37,537 nt of DNA, from NCBI GenBank assembly GCA_046725875.1, contig JBKOZJ010000099.1:1-37537 (forward strand), read 5' to 3'. This document shows positions 9,442 to 18,438 of the stretch, one piece after another. A model generated the notes under the pieces. That model did not search any database and was not told where the DNA came from. It saw only the letters and a list, made by a program, of their open reading frames with translations. The stretch's first letter is position 1; each line of letters starts with the position of its first letter. The DNA is from Actinomycetota bacterium. GTDB lineage: Bacteria > Actinomycetota > Actinomycetes > JAKEEW01. The translations under genes and the position numbers were made by a program.

Positions 9442-11190
9442 ATGAATGCCTCAGGATCTGGCGCTGCGCGTGGGTGGCTGCTCGTCGTCGAGGGAGACCC
9501 GAAGGCGCGTCATCTAATCAGCGAGCAACTGCGGCGCCGCTACGGGGCTGATTATGACGTTGTCGCGAAGAGCTCCGGCGCGGCCGCACTCGCCACCCTG
9601 CAGTCGTTGAGAGACGAGAACGCCCAGGTTGCCGTCGTGTTGTGCGACGTTGGCGGCTCCGACCAGGTTGACGAGGACCACTTCTTCGGGCGGGTCCGGG
9701 CCCTCTATCCGGAGGCAAAGCGCGGCCTTCTGGTGGATTGGGGCGCCTGGGCCGATCCGCCGACCGCGGAAGTGATTCTGCGCCTCATGGCGCTGGGCAA
9801 GATCGATTATTACGTGCTCAAGCCGTGGCGACCTGCGGACGAATACTTTCATCGCACCATCACGGAGTTCCTGCTGGAGTGGGAGCGGGCCATCTCCCTG
9901 GTGCCGCGAGAGGTGTCCGTCATTGGCAGTCCTTCCTCGCCGCGCACTCACGAACTGCGCAGCCTGCTCGTTCGCAACGGCGTTCAACACGTCTTTCATG
10001 ACAGCGACAGCCCGATCGGCCGGCGAATGCTCGCCGAGGCGGACCAGTCCGGCACCGCATTGCCAGTCGTGCTGCTGCTCGATGGTCGGGTCCTGGTCGA
10101 TCCGACGAACGCCGAACTCGCGGATGCATATGGCGTCCGCACGCATCTCGACGGGGATGCCGACTTCGACCTGATCGTGGTCGGCGCCGGCCCGGCTGGT
10201 CTGGCAGCGGCCGTGTATGCGTCCTCCGAGGGCCTGCGCACGCTCGTCGTGGAGCGCGAGGCGATCGGCGGCCAGGCTGGCTCGAGTTCGCTGATTCGCA
10301 ACTACCTTGGCTTCTCCCGCGGGGTCAGTGGTGCCGATCTGGCCCAGCGGGCCTATCAGCAGGCATGGGTGTTCGGGACCAACTTCCTACTCATGCGCGA
10401 AGCGGTGGGACTCAGCAGCGAGCCGCGCTGGCACACCGTGGCCGCCGCGAACGGCCAGCGGGCGCGGGCTCGCGCGGTTGTTCTCGCGACCGGCGTGAGC
10501 TATCGGCGTATCGGCGTTCCGGACTTGGAGGCGCTGGTGGGCGCGGGAGTCTTCTACGGTGCGTCGGTGTGGGAGGCTCGGGCGCTGGCCGGCAAGGACG
10601 CCGTCGTTGTCGGCGGCGGCAACTCGGCCGGGCAGGCGGCCCTGCACCTCGCTCGATACGCCCGCAGCGTGACCGTTCTTGTTCGCGGGTCATCGCTGGC
10701 CGAGAGCATGTCGCAATACCTGATTGACGAGATTGCCGCAGCCGGTGTTCGAGTCGACCTGGAAACGGAGGTTGTCGATGGCGGCGGCGACGGCCGACTC
10801 GAGTGGATCAGACTGCGCGATCGCCCGTCCGGCGAGACGCGGACCGCGGAAGCCAGCGCGCTCTTCATTCTGATCGGGGCTACGCCGCATACCGCCTGGC
10901 TGCCGCCGGACATACAGCGTGACGAGTCGGGCTATCTGATCACTGGACGCGATGTCATCGCAGGCCTCCCGAGCAGGGATTGGCCGTTGCCGCGTCCGCC
11001 GCTGATGCTAGAGACCTGCGTTCCGGGCATCTTCGCTGTCGGCGACGTCCGGCATGGCTCGGTCAAGCGGGTTGCCTCGGCGGTCGGCGAGGGGTCGATC
11101 GTTGTTAGCCAGGTGCACGAGCTGCTCGCTCGTGACTCGTCCCCGGACATGTCCGCCAAGCGCCCGGCCGCGACCGAAACAGGTCGATGA
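9442..11190 (+). CDS. Receiver-domain + glutaredoxin-like + thioredoxin-reductase-like FAD/NAD(P)H oxidoreductase fusion
   Basis: REC (LLVVEGD, VLCD, YVLKPW), middle Grx-like segment, GAGPAG, GGQA, IRNYLGF, ATG, GGGNSA and GIFAVGDVR..KRVASAVGEG. No CxxC. Possible -10 TACACT at 9368-9373 and GGAGG RBS. Confidence 0.9.
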   Translation: MNASGSGAARGWLLVVEGDPKARHLISEQLRRRYGADYDVVAKSSGAAALATLQSLRDENAQVAVVLCDVGGSDQVDEDHFFGRVRALYPEAKRGLLVDWGAWADPPTAEVILRLMALGKIDYYVLKPWRPADEYFHRTITEFLLEWERAISLVPREVSVIGSPSSPRTHELRSLLVRNGVQHVFHDSDSPIGRRMLAEADQSGTALPVVLLLDGRVLVDPTNAELADAYGVRTHLDGDADFDLIVVGAGPAGLAAAVYASSEGLRTLVVEREAIGGQAGSSSLIRNYLGFSRGVSGADLAQRAYQQAWVFGTNFLLMREAVGLSSEPRWHTVAAANGQRARARAVVLATGVSYRRIGVPDLEALVGAGVFYGASVWEARALAGKDAVVVGGGNSAGQAALHLARYARSVTVLVRGSSLAESMSQYLIDEIAAAGVRVDLETEVVDGGGDGRLEWIRLRDRPSGETRTAEASALFILIGATPHTAWLPPDIQRDESGYLITGRDVIAGLPSRDWPLPRPPLMLETCVPGIFAVGDVRHGSVKRVASAVGEGSIVVSQVHELLARDSSPDMSAKRPAATETGR

Positions 11191-12536
11191 GGAGCGGCCG
11201 CCTCGCCCTGATCGTCGCCTTGGCGCTGCCCATGGCCGGCCTCGCACTGCTGATCGCTCGGCCGCGTCTCGATGTTGCCTGGGAGCACCATCCGGCTCAC
11301 TTCTGGCTTGTGCTTGCTGCCGGTGGGTTGAGTGCCGCGCTCGCCTATGCGACGGGTACGACCGCGCAGCGGCGCGGTGACGCGCGAATCTTCCTGATTT
11401 CGCTCGCATTTCTCGCGGCCGCAGGCTTTCTCGGGTTGCATGCCCTCGCGACTCCGGGCGTTCTGCTCGCCGGCCCTAACACCGGCTTCACGATCGCTCC
11501 CGCAATCGGATTGATCGTTGCGGGTGCTTTCGCCGCTGCGTCGAGCATGGAGCTTCCGCCCAGTCGAGCCCATGAGCTGATGCGTCGGTCGGGACTCGGG
11601 CGAGGTCTGCTGCTCGTCGTCCTGGTTGGGTGGGGGGTCGCGTCGGCCGCGGGCGTTCCGCCGCTCGGCAACTCGGCCCCACCCGAGCGAGCATCGGGGC
11701 CGCTGGTCGCCCTTGCCGTCGGGGCAACCGTGCTGTACGCGATCGCGGTGGCGCGTTACCTGCGCGTCCCGCGGCGTCCGGGGTCGGTCCGACTGCTGAT
11801 AGCGGTGATCTCCGCGTTCACGCTGCTTGCGGAGGCCGCGATTGCCGTAGCGGTGGGCCGTAACTGGCATGCCAGCTGGTGGGAGTGGCACCTGTTGATG
11901 CTCGCCGCCGTCACCTTGGTAGCTGCCAGTGCGCACCGCCAGTGGTACGAGGAGCGCTTCGCGGCCCTTTATTCGGAGGACACCACCGCCGGTATGCGGG
12001 AGATCAGCATCCTCTTTGCTGACCTGCAGGGCTTCACCGCATTCTCGGAGAAGCACCCGCCGCATGAGGTGACGACAATGCTGAACGAGTACTTCACGGT
12101 GGCCATCCCTCCGATCGTCGAGCGGTTTGGTGGTCAGGTCGACCGGATAATCGGGGATGCGTTGGTGGCAACGTTCAATGTTCGCGGCGATCAACCGGAT
12201 CACCCGCTGCGGGCAGCGCGCGCGGCGCTCACAGTCCAACAGATCACCGCGGAGATCGCCGGCAAGCATCAGGGCTGGCCGCGATTCCGAGTCGGGGTCA
12301 ACACCGGCGAGGCGGCCGTGGCCGTACTCGGAACGTCGGGCGGTCGCACCTTCACCGTCATCGGCGACGCGGTGAATCTCGCTGCCCGGCTGGAAGGCGC
12401 CGCACCGGTCGGGGGCGTGGTGATCGGTCCGGAAACTGCACGCCGCCTGCCCTCGGCCCGCACCGTACCGATGGGGCGGGTCCAGGTGAAAGGAAAGACA
12501 GACGCTGTCGAGATCTATCAGCTCCTCGATACCTGA
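11187..12536 (+). CDS. Membrane-anchored class III adenylate/guanylate cyclase
   Basis: About 7-8 TM segments, then ILFADLQGFT, VDRIIGDA, RVGVNTGE and TVIGDAVNLAARLE. ATGA overlap with the upstream gene. Confidence 0.92.
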   Translation: MRSGRLALIVALALPMAGLALLIARPRLDVAWEHHPAHFWLVLAAGGLSAALAYATGTTAQRRGDARIFLISLAFLAAAGFLGLHALATPGVLLAGPNTGFTIAPAIGLIVAGAFAAASSMELPPSRAHELMRRSGLGRGLLLVVLVGWGVASAAGVPPLGNSAPPERASGPLVALAVGATVLYAIAVARYLRVPRRPGSVRLLIAVISAFTLLAEAAIAVAVGRNWHASWWEWHLLMLAAVTLVAASAHRQWYEERFAALYSEDTTAGMREISILFADLQGFTAFSEKHPPHEVTTMLNEYFTVAIPPIVERFGGQVDRIIGDALVATFNVRGDQPDHPLRAARAALTVQQITAEIAGKHQGWPRFRVGVNTGEAAVAVLGTSGGRTFTVIGDAVNLAARLEGAAPVGGVVIGPETARRLPSARTVPMGRVQVKGKTDAVEIYQLLDT

Positions 12537-12593
12537 CATCCTCGCGCGGCCAAGTGGCGCTCGCGCCCGCGAATGCGGGATCACTCGTGGTCA

Positions 12594-13016
12594 TCAACTG
12601 GCGGTTGGTCCAGCGCGGGCCTGACCTGTGGCTGGACCGAGGCGAGAAAGCGGTCCTGGCAGGCTTACCTGGACGGTTACGGATGCGATCGCTCCGGCAA
12701 GCCGGCAGGACGTCAGGCGTGCGCCTTGAGCGCTCGCCACATGCGCCGCCGTTTCGCAGGCAGCGCCACCGCGCTCGAGCACATGCGCGGCCGCCGAGAG
12801 CGCGCTCAAGTCCGCTGCCGCGGCGGCGCGGTGGCGGGCGACGAGTCCCGCACCGAGGCTGACGCCCGTCATGCCAAGAAGGACGACGATTGCGATCAGC
12901 CCGAGGACATAGACGCTCCCCGATCCGCGCTCACGACTCGCCCGCGACGGGAATGACGACGAGAGCGCGGTGCTGACCGCGGCGGCGCCGCTTTTGCCGC
13001 ATCCACAACTGCGCAT
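12594..13016 (-). CDS. Rv3654c-family TadE/TadG-like pseudopilin
   Basis: ERGSGSV + hydrophobic helix, RHRAAAAADLSALSAA, paired Cys and terminal ARAGP. TAATG overlap with the upstream gene. Confidence 0.85.
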   Translation of the reverse strand: MRSCGCGKSGAAAVSTALSSSFPSRASRERGSGSVYVLGLIAIVVLLGMTGVSLGAGLVARHRAAAAADLSALSAAAHVLERGGAACETAAHVASAQGARLTSCRLAGAIASVTVQVSLPGPLSRLGPATGQARAGPTAS

Positions 13017-13456
13017 TAGCAGGACTCACCGGCGCAGCCTGGTTCCACCGCGACGGTCGCATCGGCAGACACCGTCAACGTCGGTGCCGGAACAGCCCCG
13101 CCGAAGGGGGCTGTCCTGGCGCTAACTTCGACGTGCACCAGTCCGCCGCTTTGCGTCACCGCAATGTGTGCGCCTTTCGGTGCCAGCCGGTGGCCTGCCG
13201 CCACGCTTGCCGCCACGCCATCGCCGCGCGCGGCCGCTCGGGCGGTGGCTCGGGCCGCATCGACACACCGCAGCTGCGCCGTGACCGCGAGAACGGCCCA
13301 CAGCATCAGCCCGACGACAAGCACGAGCGCCGGCAGGGCCAACGCTGTCTCAGCAACGACCATGCCCCTTTCCTGGCGGATGCGGTCTCGCCGCAGCTCG
13401 ACTTGATTTCTCCGGCGCCGGCGTCTGCGAATCTTGGCGTGGCCAAGGACAACCAT
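13016..13456 (-). CDS. tadE: TadE-family minor pilin (Rv3655c-like)
   Basis: ERG|MVVAETALALP prepilin site and QLRCVDAARATARAAARG. GGAGG before the ATG at 13456. Confidence 0.85.
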   Translation of the reverse strand: MVVLGHAKIRRRRRRRNQVELRRDRIRQERGMVVAETALALPALVLVVGLMLWAVLAVTAQLRCVDAARATARAAARGDGVAASVAAGHRLAPKGAHIAVTQSGGLVHVEVSARTAPFGGAVPAPTLTVSADATVAVEPGCAGESC

Positions 13457-13598
13457 CGACCCACCTCCCGGTCGGACTGGACTGCAGGCGCGGGAGCCCA
13501 GGCGCGACCGGCGCGCCTGGCTCCCAGTCAGTGACACGACCGAGTGGCCGCTAATTCATGCGCCTGTTGTGCGGCCATCGAGCGCTAGATCATCGCCG

Positions 13599-13949
13599 TT
13601 AGGACAGCGACGTGAGCGCGCGCTTGACGATCGAAGTGACGAGCCCGGTCACCGCGCCACCCGTCACAATCTTGTATAGGACTACCGCGAAGGCCGCTGC
13701 GGCGACCGTTCCTACCGCATACTCCGCCGTCGCCATGCCGGCCTCGCACGCCTTAGCGCGGACCCGTCGCCGGAGGGATGCACCCCCCGCCCAGTGCAAG
13801 ACGAGACAGATCGCGACTCGGCCGCCGTGCGCGGCGTTCGCCAGGAGCCGAAGCACCGCCCCGGGCCGCGAGGCGGGTGGGACCCCACGACGCAGCGCTC
13901 CCGGCATCTCGCGGATTAGCCTCCAGCATTCTTGAACCCTGCGAATCAT
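13599..13949 (-). CDS. Flp-like major pilin (DUF4244, Rv3656c-like)
   Basis: EAG|MATAEYAVGTVAAAAFAVVLYKIV Flp motif. GGAGG before the ATG at 13949. Start uncertain. Confidence 0.85.
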   Translation of the reverse strand: MIRRVQECWRLIREMPGALRRGVPPASRPGAVLRLLANAAHGGRVAICLVLHWAGGASLRRRVRAKACEAGMATAEYAVGTVAAAAFAVVLYKIVTGGAVTGLVTSIVKRALTSLS

Positions 13950-14110
13950 GGCACCTCCCCTGATCCGGCTGGCCGGCCGGCTCGGGCATCGAGCGACTTC
14001 CCGCTGCGACTGCAAGCCTTCTCTGATCCGCGCTGGTCGACTTGGTCGCTTCATTACCTGGGGACTAAGGCCGCAAATATCTCGACCCTGTGGACGGTTG
14101 GCGGCGAGGG

Positions 14111-14893
14111 TCAGATCGAAAGACTCTGGACGAGTCCGGCGACGATCGGTACCAGCCCGATCAGGACGAAGGCCGGCAGGAAGCAGAGACCGAGCGGTGC
14201 CGCCGCCCGGATCGCGACCCGGCGAGCCTCGGCCTCCGCGGCAATCCGCTCCCGCGAGCGCAGTTCGGTCGCGAGCTCCGTGAGCAGATTGACCAGAGGC
14301 GCACCCGTGTCAGCCGACCGCACGAAGGCCGCACCGAGCGATTGCAGTGGTCCCTCCGTGAGCCCGGCCCAGGTCCGGACCGGATCACCGCCAAGGCGTA
14401 GCGTCGCCACGACTCGCCGAAGCTCTCCGGCGAGCGGCTCGTTCACTGCTCCTGCCACCGCTTCGGCCGCCTGCGGCGGCAGTGCGCCGGCGGCCAGGCA
14501 CGCCGCCAGCAGCTCGGTCGCGAGCGGGAGATCCACGGCCAGCCGACGACTTCTCTGGCCGGCGGCCGAGACAGCTGTGCCGTGCAAGACGCGGCGGGTG
14601 AACACGCCGGCCGCGCAGCCGAGGAGTATGCCAAGCCCACCGCCGACCGCCGCTGCGACCAGCACTCCGATGCCGACGGCCACGATCGTCGGTGCCCGGG
14701 CAACCGTTCCCCTAAGCGAGCCGAGCCACTCAGAGCCCGGCCGGACGAGTCGGGTATCGAGGTCGCGGAAACCCTCCCGTCCGGATCGGCCCGCACGATC
14801 CACCTGATCGAGTCGGGAAGCCGCTGCTACTCGCGGCGCGAACCACACCAGCACCGCGGCACCGAGACACAGAGCGGCCGACGTCGCTGCCAT
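14111..14893 (-). CDS. tadC: TadC / type II secretion system F-family protein
   Basis: DLPLATELLAACLAAG, LRLGGDP, RSADTGAP and PLGLCFLPAFVLIGLVP. ATG at 14893 with a GAGGCGG RBS. Confidence 0.88.
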   Translation of the reverse strand: MAATSAALCLGAAVLVWFAPRVAAASRLDQVDRAGRSGREGFRDLDTRLVRPGSEWLGSLRGTVARAPTIVAVGIGVLVAAAVGGGLGILLGCAAGVFTRRVLHGTAVSAAGQRSRRLAVDLPLATELLAACLAAGALPPQAAEAVAGAVNEPLAGELRRVVATLRLGGDPVRTWAGLTEGPLQSLGAAFVRSADTGAPLVNLLTELATELRSRERIAAEAEARRVAIRAAAPLGLCFLPAFVLIGLVPIVAGLVQSLSI

Positions 14894-15000
14894 GGCTAGT
14901 CCGCCTCGGGTGGAGTGGCGGACGTCGCGGCCATGGCTAGCCCGCCTCGGGTGGAGTGGGGGATGTTGCGGCCATGGCGGGCCCGCCTCGTGCGGAGCGC
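14881..15000. repeat. Three imperfect tandem copies of a 41-bp unit containing the tadC RBS/start
   Basis: CATGG recurs at 14891, 14932 and 14973. Unit is approximately GCCATGGCTAGYCCGCCTCGGGTGGAGTGGSGGAYGTYGCG. Confidence 0.9.
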
Positions 15001-15133
15001 GGCGAAGCCCGGCCTGGTGCCGTCCCATCACGGGGACGCGAGATGCCCACCGCCAACCAAATCAGGGGGTTGGCCATCAGCGGAGTGGCAGGAGAGAGGA
15101 GGGCTGGCCCTTTCAGGTAGCCGGCGGGCCTGT

Positions 15134-15913
15134 TCATGGTCGGCCTCGCGCAAGTGCTCGGGCAGTAATGCGCGACATCCACCAGAGGCCGGCGACCTCC
15201 AGGGCTATCCCGGCCACGAGGAGCGTCCTGCCCAACGACGAGCCGAACAGAAACGGCAAGGGAGCGGCGCCCAACGCTTCTCCCATGGTGATCCCGACGA
15301 TTGGCAGCATGGCCAGCAGCCGAGTCGTCGCGCGCGGACCGGCAAGCTCCGCCGCGATGCGGCGGCGGTGCTCCTCGTCGGCGCGGAGCGAGCCGACCAG
15401 CCCCGCGGCCGCGTCGGCCAGGCCGGGACCGTGTTGCTCGGCCACCTGCCAGCAGGCTGCGAGTGCGCGTAATCCTTCCCGCCCCGGCGTCTGAGCGTCC
15501 AACCGCAGCCCGCGGAGGACGTCGCCGTCGGCCAGCGCGGATTTCACGCCACGTGGCGCACCCAGATGGTGACTGCGTCCCGCCTGGGCGAGCGCTTCAG
15601 GTGGATTCCGACCGGCCCGAAGTTCGGCGACGAGCGCCGCGCACAGCCCGATGACCTCAGCCCTGTTCTGGCTCTCGACCCGACGCGAGCCGAACGCCTT
15701 CCACCCCGTCACCCAACTCGGGTGCTCACCCGAGTCGGACGTCGAGTCAGGCCCACTGTTGGCACTGGCTCCGCGGCCTGCTGCCTGCGGTTGGGCCGGC
15801 TGCTGTACGACGGGAAGAGCGCGGTCCAACCGCACGATGGCCAGAATCCGCGTCAACCCCCCAACAGCAGCGAACGCCGCGAGCCCGAACAGGACCGCAG
15901 CCACGAGACCCAC
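15134..15913 (-). CDS. tadB: TadB / type II secretion system F-family protein
   Basis: ALVAELRAG, LAACWQVAEQHG, AELAGPRATTRLLAMLP and C-terminal TMs. Position after tadA. Confidence 0.87.
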   Translation of the reverse strand: MGLVAAVLFGLAAFAAVGGLTRILAIVRLDRALPVVQQPAQPQAAGRGASANSGPDSTSDSGEHPSWVTGWKAFGSRRVESQNRAEVIGLCAALVAELRAGRNPPEALAQAGRSHHLGAPRGVKSALADGDVLRGLRLDAQTPGREGLRALAACWQVAEQHGPGLADAAAGLVGSLRADEEHRRRIAAELAGPRATTRLLAMLPIVGITMGEALGAAPLPFLFGSSLGRTLLVAGIALEVAGLWWMSRITARALARGRP

Positions 15914-15937
15914 CTCGGAAGTCCTTCGAGCAGCACT

Positions 15938-17215
15938 TCAGAGCGGTGTGGTTGCAGGCCGAGGCGACGGCGGGACCGAGACCGGCAGCGGTCCGATCAT
16001 CTCGGCCAGCCGGCCGCCGCCCGGGCCGGCGACCGGCTCTGGCATGAACTCGACTGCAGGCACGACATGCACCAAGCCGGCCCGGGCGCGGTGTAGTACA
16101 CCGATCGACGCGACCCGACGCATTCCCTCCCGGTCTCGGGTCAAATGAACAAGGACCCGCAAGCCGGCGGCGAGCTGGCTGTGGACCGCCGCCCGATCCA
16201 GGCCGGCGGCGACGGCAAGCGCCTCCACCCGAGCGGGGACATCCACAACCGAATTGGCGTGGATCGTCCCACACCCGCCGTCGTGCCCGGTATTCAGCGC
16301 GGCGAGCAACTCGACGACTTCGCCGCCACGAACCTCGCCGACGACCAGCCGATCGGGACGCATTCGGAGGGCCTGCCTCACCAGGTCACGCAGCGCGACC
16401 ATTCCGACCCCGTCGAGGTTGCCGGGCCGGCCTTCAAGGCGTACGACATGCGGGTGATCGGGCCGCAGCTCCGATGAATCCTCCACCAGAACGATGCGCT
16501 CTCGAGCGGAGACCAGCGACAGGAGGGTCGACAGCAGCGTGGTCTTGCCGGTGCCCGTACCACCCGACACCAGGAACGCCACCCGGGCGTCCACCAGCCG
16601 GCGCAGCAGGGACGCACCCGCTGTCGCCACGGTGCCCGACTCCGCCAGCTCGCCCAGAGTGAAGCCGCGCCGGCGCGGAACCCGGAGCGAGATGCACGTC
16701 CCGCCCGGCGCGATCGGCGGGATGACCGCGTGAACCCGGACGCCGCTTGGCAGCCTCGCGTCGACGAACGGGCTCGCGTCGTCGAGCCGCCGGCCGCCGG
16801 CCGCAGCAAGACGCTGGGCGAGCCGGCGGACGGCCGCCTCGTTGGTGAACCGGACGGCAACTCGCTCCAGCCGGCTGCCGCGGTCCACCCACACCTCATC
16901 GGGCGAGTTGACCAGCACGTCGGTCACCTCCGGATCAGCGACCAGCGAGTCCAGCGGCCCGATGCCGGTCAGCTCCGGACGCAGCGCCTCGACCACGTCG
17001 AGGACCGCCGCATCACCCAGCACGCCAGCCTCCTCTCGGACGACAGCGGCAATCGCCGCCGGCGTCGCCGCCATCCCGGTCTCGACGAGGCGCATGCGTA
17101 CCCGATCGATCAGGCCAGGGTCGGCGGCACGGGAGTTCCATGACGCTCGAGCAAGCCGCTGATCTTCGGCGCCACGATCTTCGGCGCCACCGCGGGGGTG
17201 GGTTGGGGACCTCAC
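15938..17215 (-). CDS. tadA: TadA/CpaF pilus assembly ATPase
   Basis: Walker [26 protein letters not shown] and [19 protein letters not shown] overlap with ssd. Confidence 0.94.
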   Translation of the reverse strand: MRSPTHPRGGAEDRGAEDQRLARASWNSRAADPGLIDRVRMRLVETGMAATPAAIAAVVREEAGVLGDAAVLDVVEALRPELTGIGPLDSLVADPEVTDVLVNSPDEVWVDRGSRLERVAVRFTNEAAVRRLAQRLAAAGGRRLDDASPFVDARLPSGVRVHAVIPPIAPGGTCISLRVPRRRGFTLGELAESGTVATAGASLLRRLVDARVAFLVSGGTGTGKTTLLSTLLSLVSARERIVLVEDSSELRPDHPHVVRLEGRPGNLDGVGMVALRDLVRQALRMRPDRLVVGEVRGGEVVELLAALNTGHDGGCGTIHANSVVDVPARVEALAVAAGLDRAAVHSQLAAGLRVLVHLTRDREGMRRVASIGVLHRARAGLVHVVPAVEFMPEPVAGPGGGRLAEMIGPLPVSVPPSPRPATTPL

Positions 17216-18438
17216 GGTGGAGGACCCTTGGTGTACGCGACGATCCGCGACATCACCTCGTCTTCGTCGGGCCAGAGATCACCGTCTGCCTGCGCCGGGC
17301 GGTCGCCCGGTGGCCGGGCCGCGGTTCCCGCCTCGGGTGCGAGAAGGGGATCGCCCGCCATCAGTGCCGGTCGCGCGCCGATGTCATCGAGTATCAGGTG
17401 ACTCAACCGGGCCAGCGGACCACGGCCACTGCCCGCCGGGGCTGAGCCCTGCTCGAGTGATTGGCCAATGCCGCGTTCGGATCGCAATTCGGCGAACAGC
17501 GGTATGCCGAGCGCCTCGGCGACTGCCCTGGGCTCGAGACTGCACGGGCCGGGCACCCGGACCACCGCCCGCACGTCGGTGACGTACCCGGACAACCGGT
17601 TGACCGCCCGCTCGCCGGCCGCGGCCGCCCTGACTTCCGCGGGTACGACGAGGAACGCGGTCGTCGACCTGGTGAGAACGGCATCGCCGGCCCGGTCGGG
17701 ATACCGTGCTACGTCTCCCACGACGATGTCGCTGACCCGGGCGGCTGCCTCGACGACGGATGCCACCGACTCGGTCGGCACGTCCCGTCCAGCCGCCCGG
17801 TCCCAAGAGACGAACCCTACGCCGCGACAGGTGGGGAGTGCGGCCCGCAGTGTGCTCCCGCTCGTCCGGCCTCGAGTGGACCGCAGAGCGGACCAGCGCA
17901 GCCCACTCTCATCCTCACCGCCGAGTACGAGTTCGATGCCACCGCCGAACGGGTCGGCGTCAACCAACACCACCTGCTGGTCTCGCCGTGCGGCGGTGAC
18001 GGCAAGAGCCGCGGCTAGTGTCGACGCGCCGGCGCCGCCCCGAGCACCTACTACGGCCACAACCGGGCCGGAACGGCCGCCGCTCTCTACCGTGTCGGCG
18101 AAGGCCGCCGCCAGCCGGGCGTCGTCGTCCGGAAGGGACAAGACAGCCGCGGCGCCTAAGGCCAGGCCGACCCGAAGGATCGCCGCGTCCACCGGACCCG
18201 ACACCGTGACGTACACCTCGGGTCGCCGCGGAAGCGAGGCTGGGTCAGCCGTCGCGGCGGCCTTGGCGCACACAACGATCATCGGGCTCGCCTGCCAAAG
18301 CCGGCGCGCGGCTCCTAGATCCGGCGCGACCTCCGGCTCGACATCGACGGCGGCAGCAAGCCGCAGCACGTCATCGAGCAGGGCCGGATCGGACGTGACG
18401 ACGAGCGGTCGCGGCTGGCTGTGTCCGACCTCACGCAC
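17212..18438 (-). CDS. ssd: Septum site-determining protein Ssd (TadZ/CpaE-like)
   Basis: Deviant Walker A GARGGAGASTLA, LVDADPFGGGIELVLG and LVVPAEVRA. First gene of the actinobacterial tad operon. Confidence 0.9.
   Translation of the reverse strand: MREVGHSQPRPLVVTSDPALLDDVLRLAAAVDVEPEVAPDLGAARRLWQASPMIVVCAKAAATADPASLPRRPEVYVTVSGPVDAAILRVGLALGAAAVLSLPDDDARLAAAFADTVESGGRSGPVVAVVGARGGAGASTLAAALAVTAARRDQQVVLVDADPFGGGIELVLGGEDESGLRWSALRSTRGRTSGSTLRAALPTCRGVGFVSWDRAAGRDVPTESVASVVEAAARVSDIVVGDVARYPDRAGDAVLTRSTTAFLVVPAEVRAAAAGERAVNRLSGYVTDVRAVVRVPGPCSLEPRAVAEALGIPLFAELRSERGIGQSLEQGSAPAGSGRGPLARLSHLILDDIGARPALMAGDPLLAPEAGTAARPPGDRPAQADGDLWPDEDEVMSRIVAYTKGPPP

Noticed and set aside
11187..12536. 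Cyclase as a Pycsar/CBASS-type anti-phage system
   Set aside because: It has an ordinary membrane class IIIb architecture with no adjacent cNMP-binding TM/TIR effector.
10932..12584. 550-aa minus-strand ORF
   Set aside because: Antisense shadow of the cyclase. Arg-rich with no domain signature.
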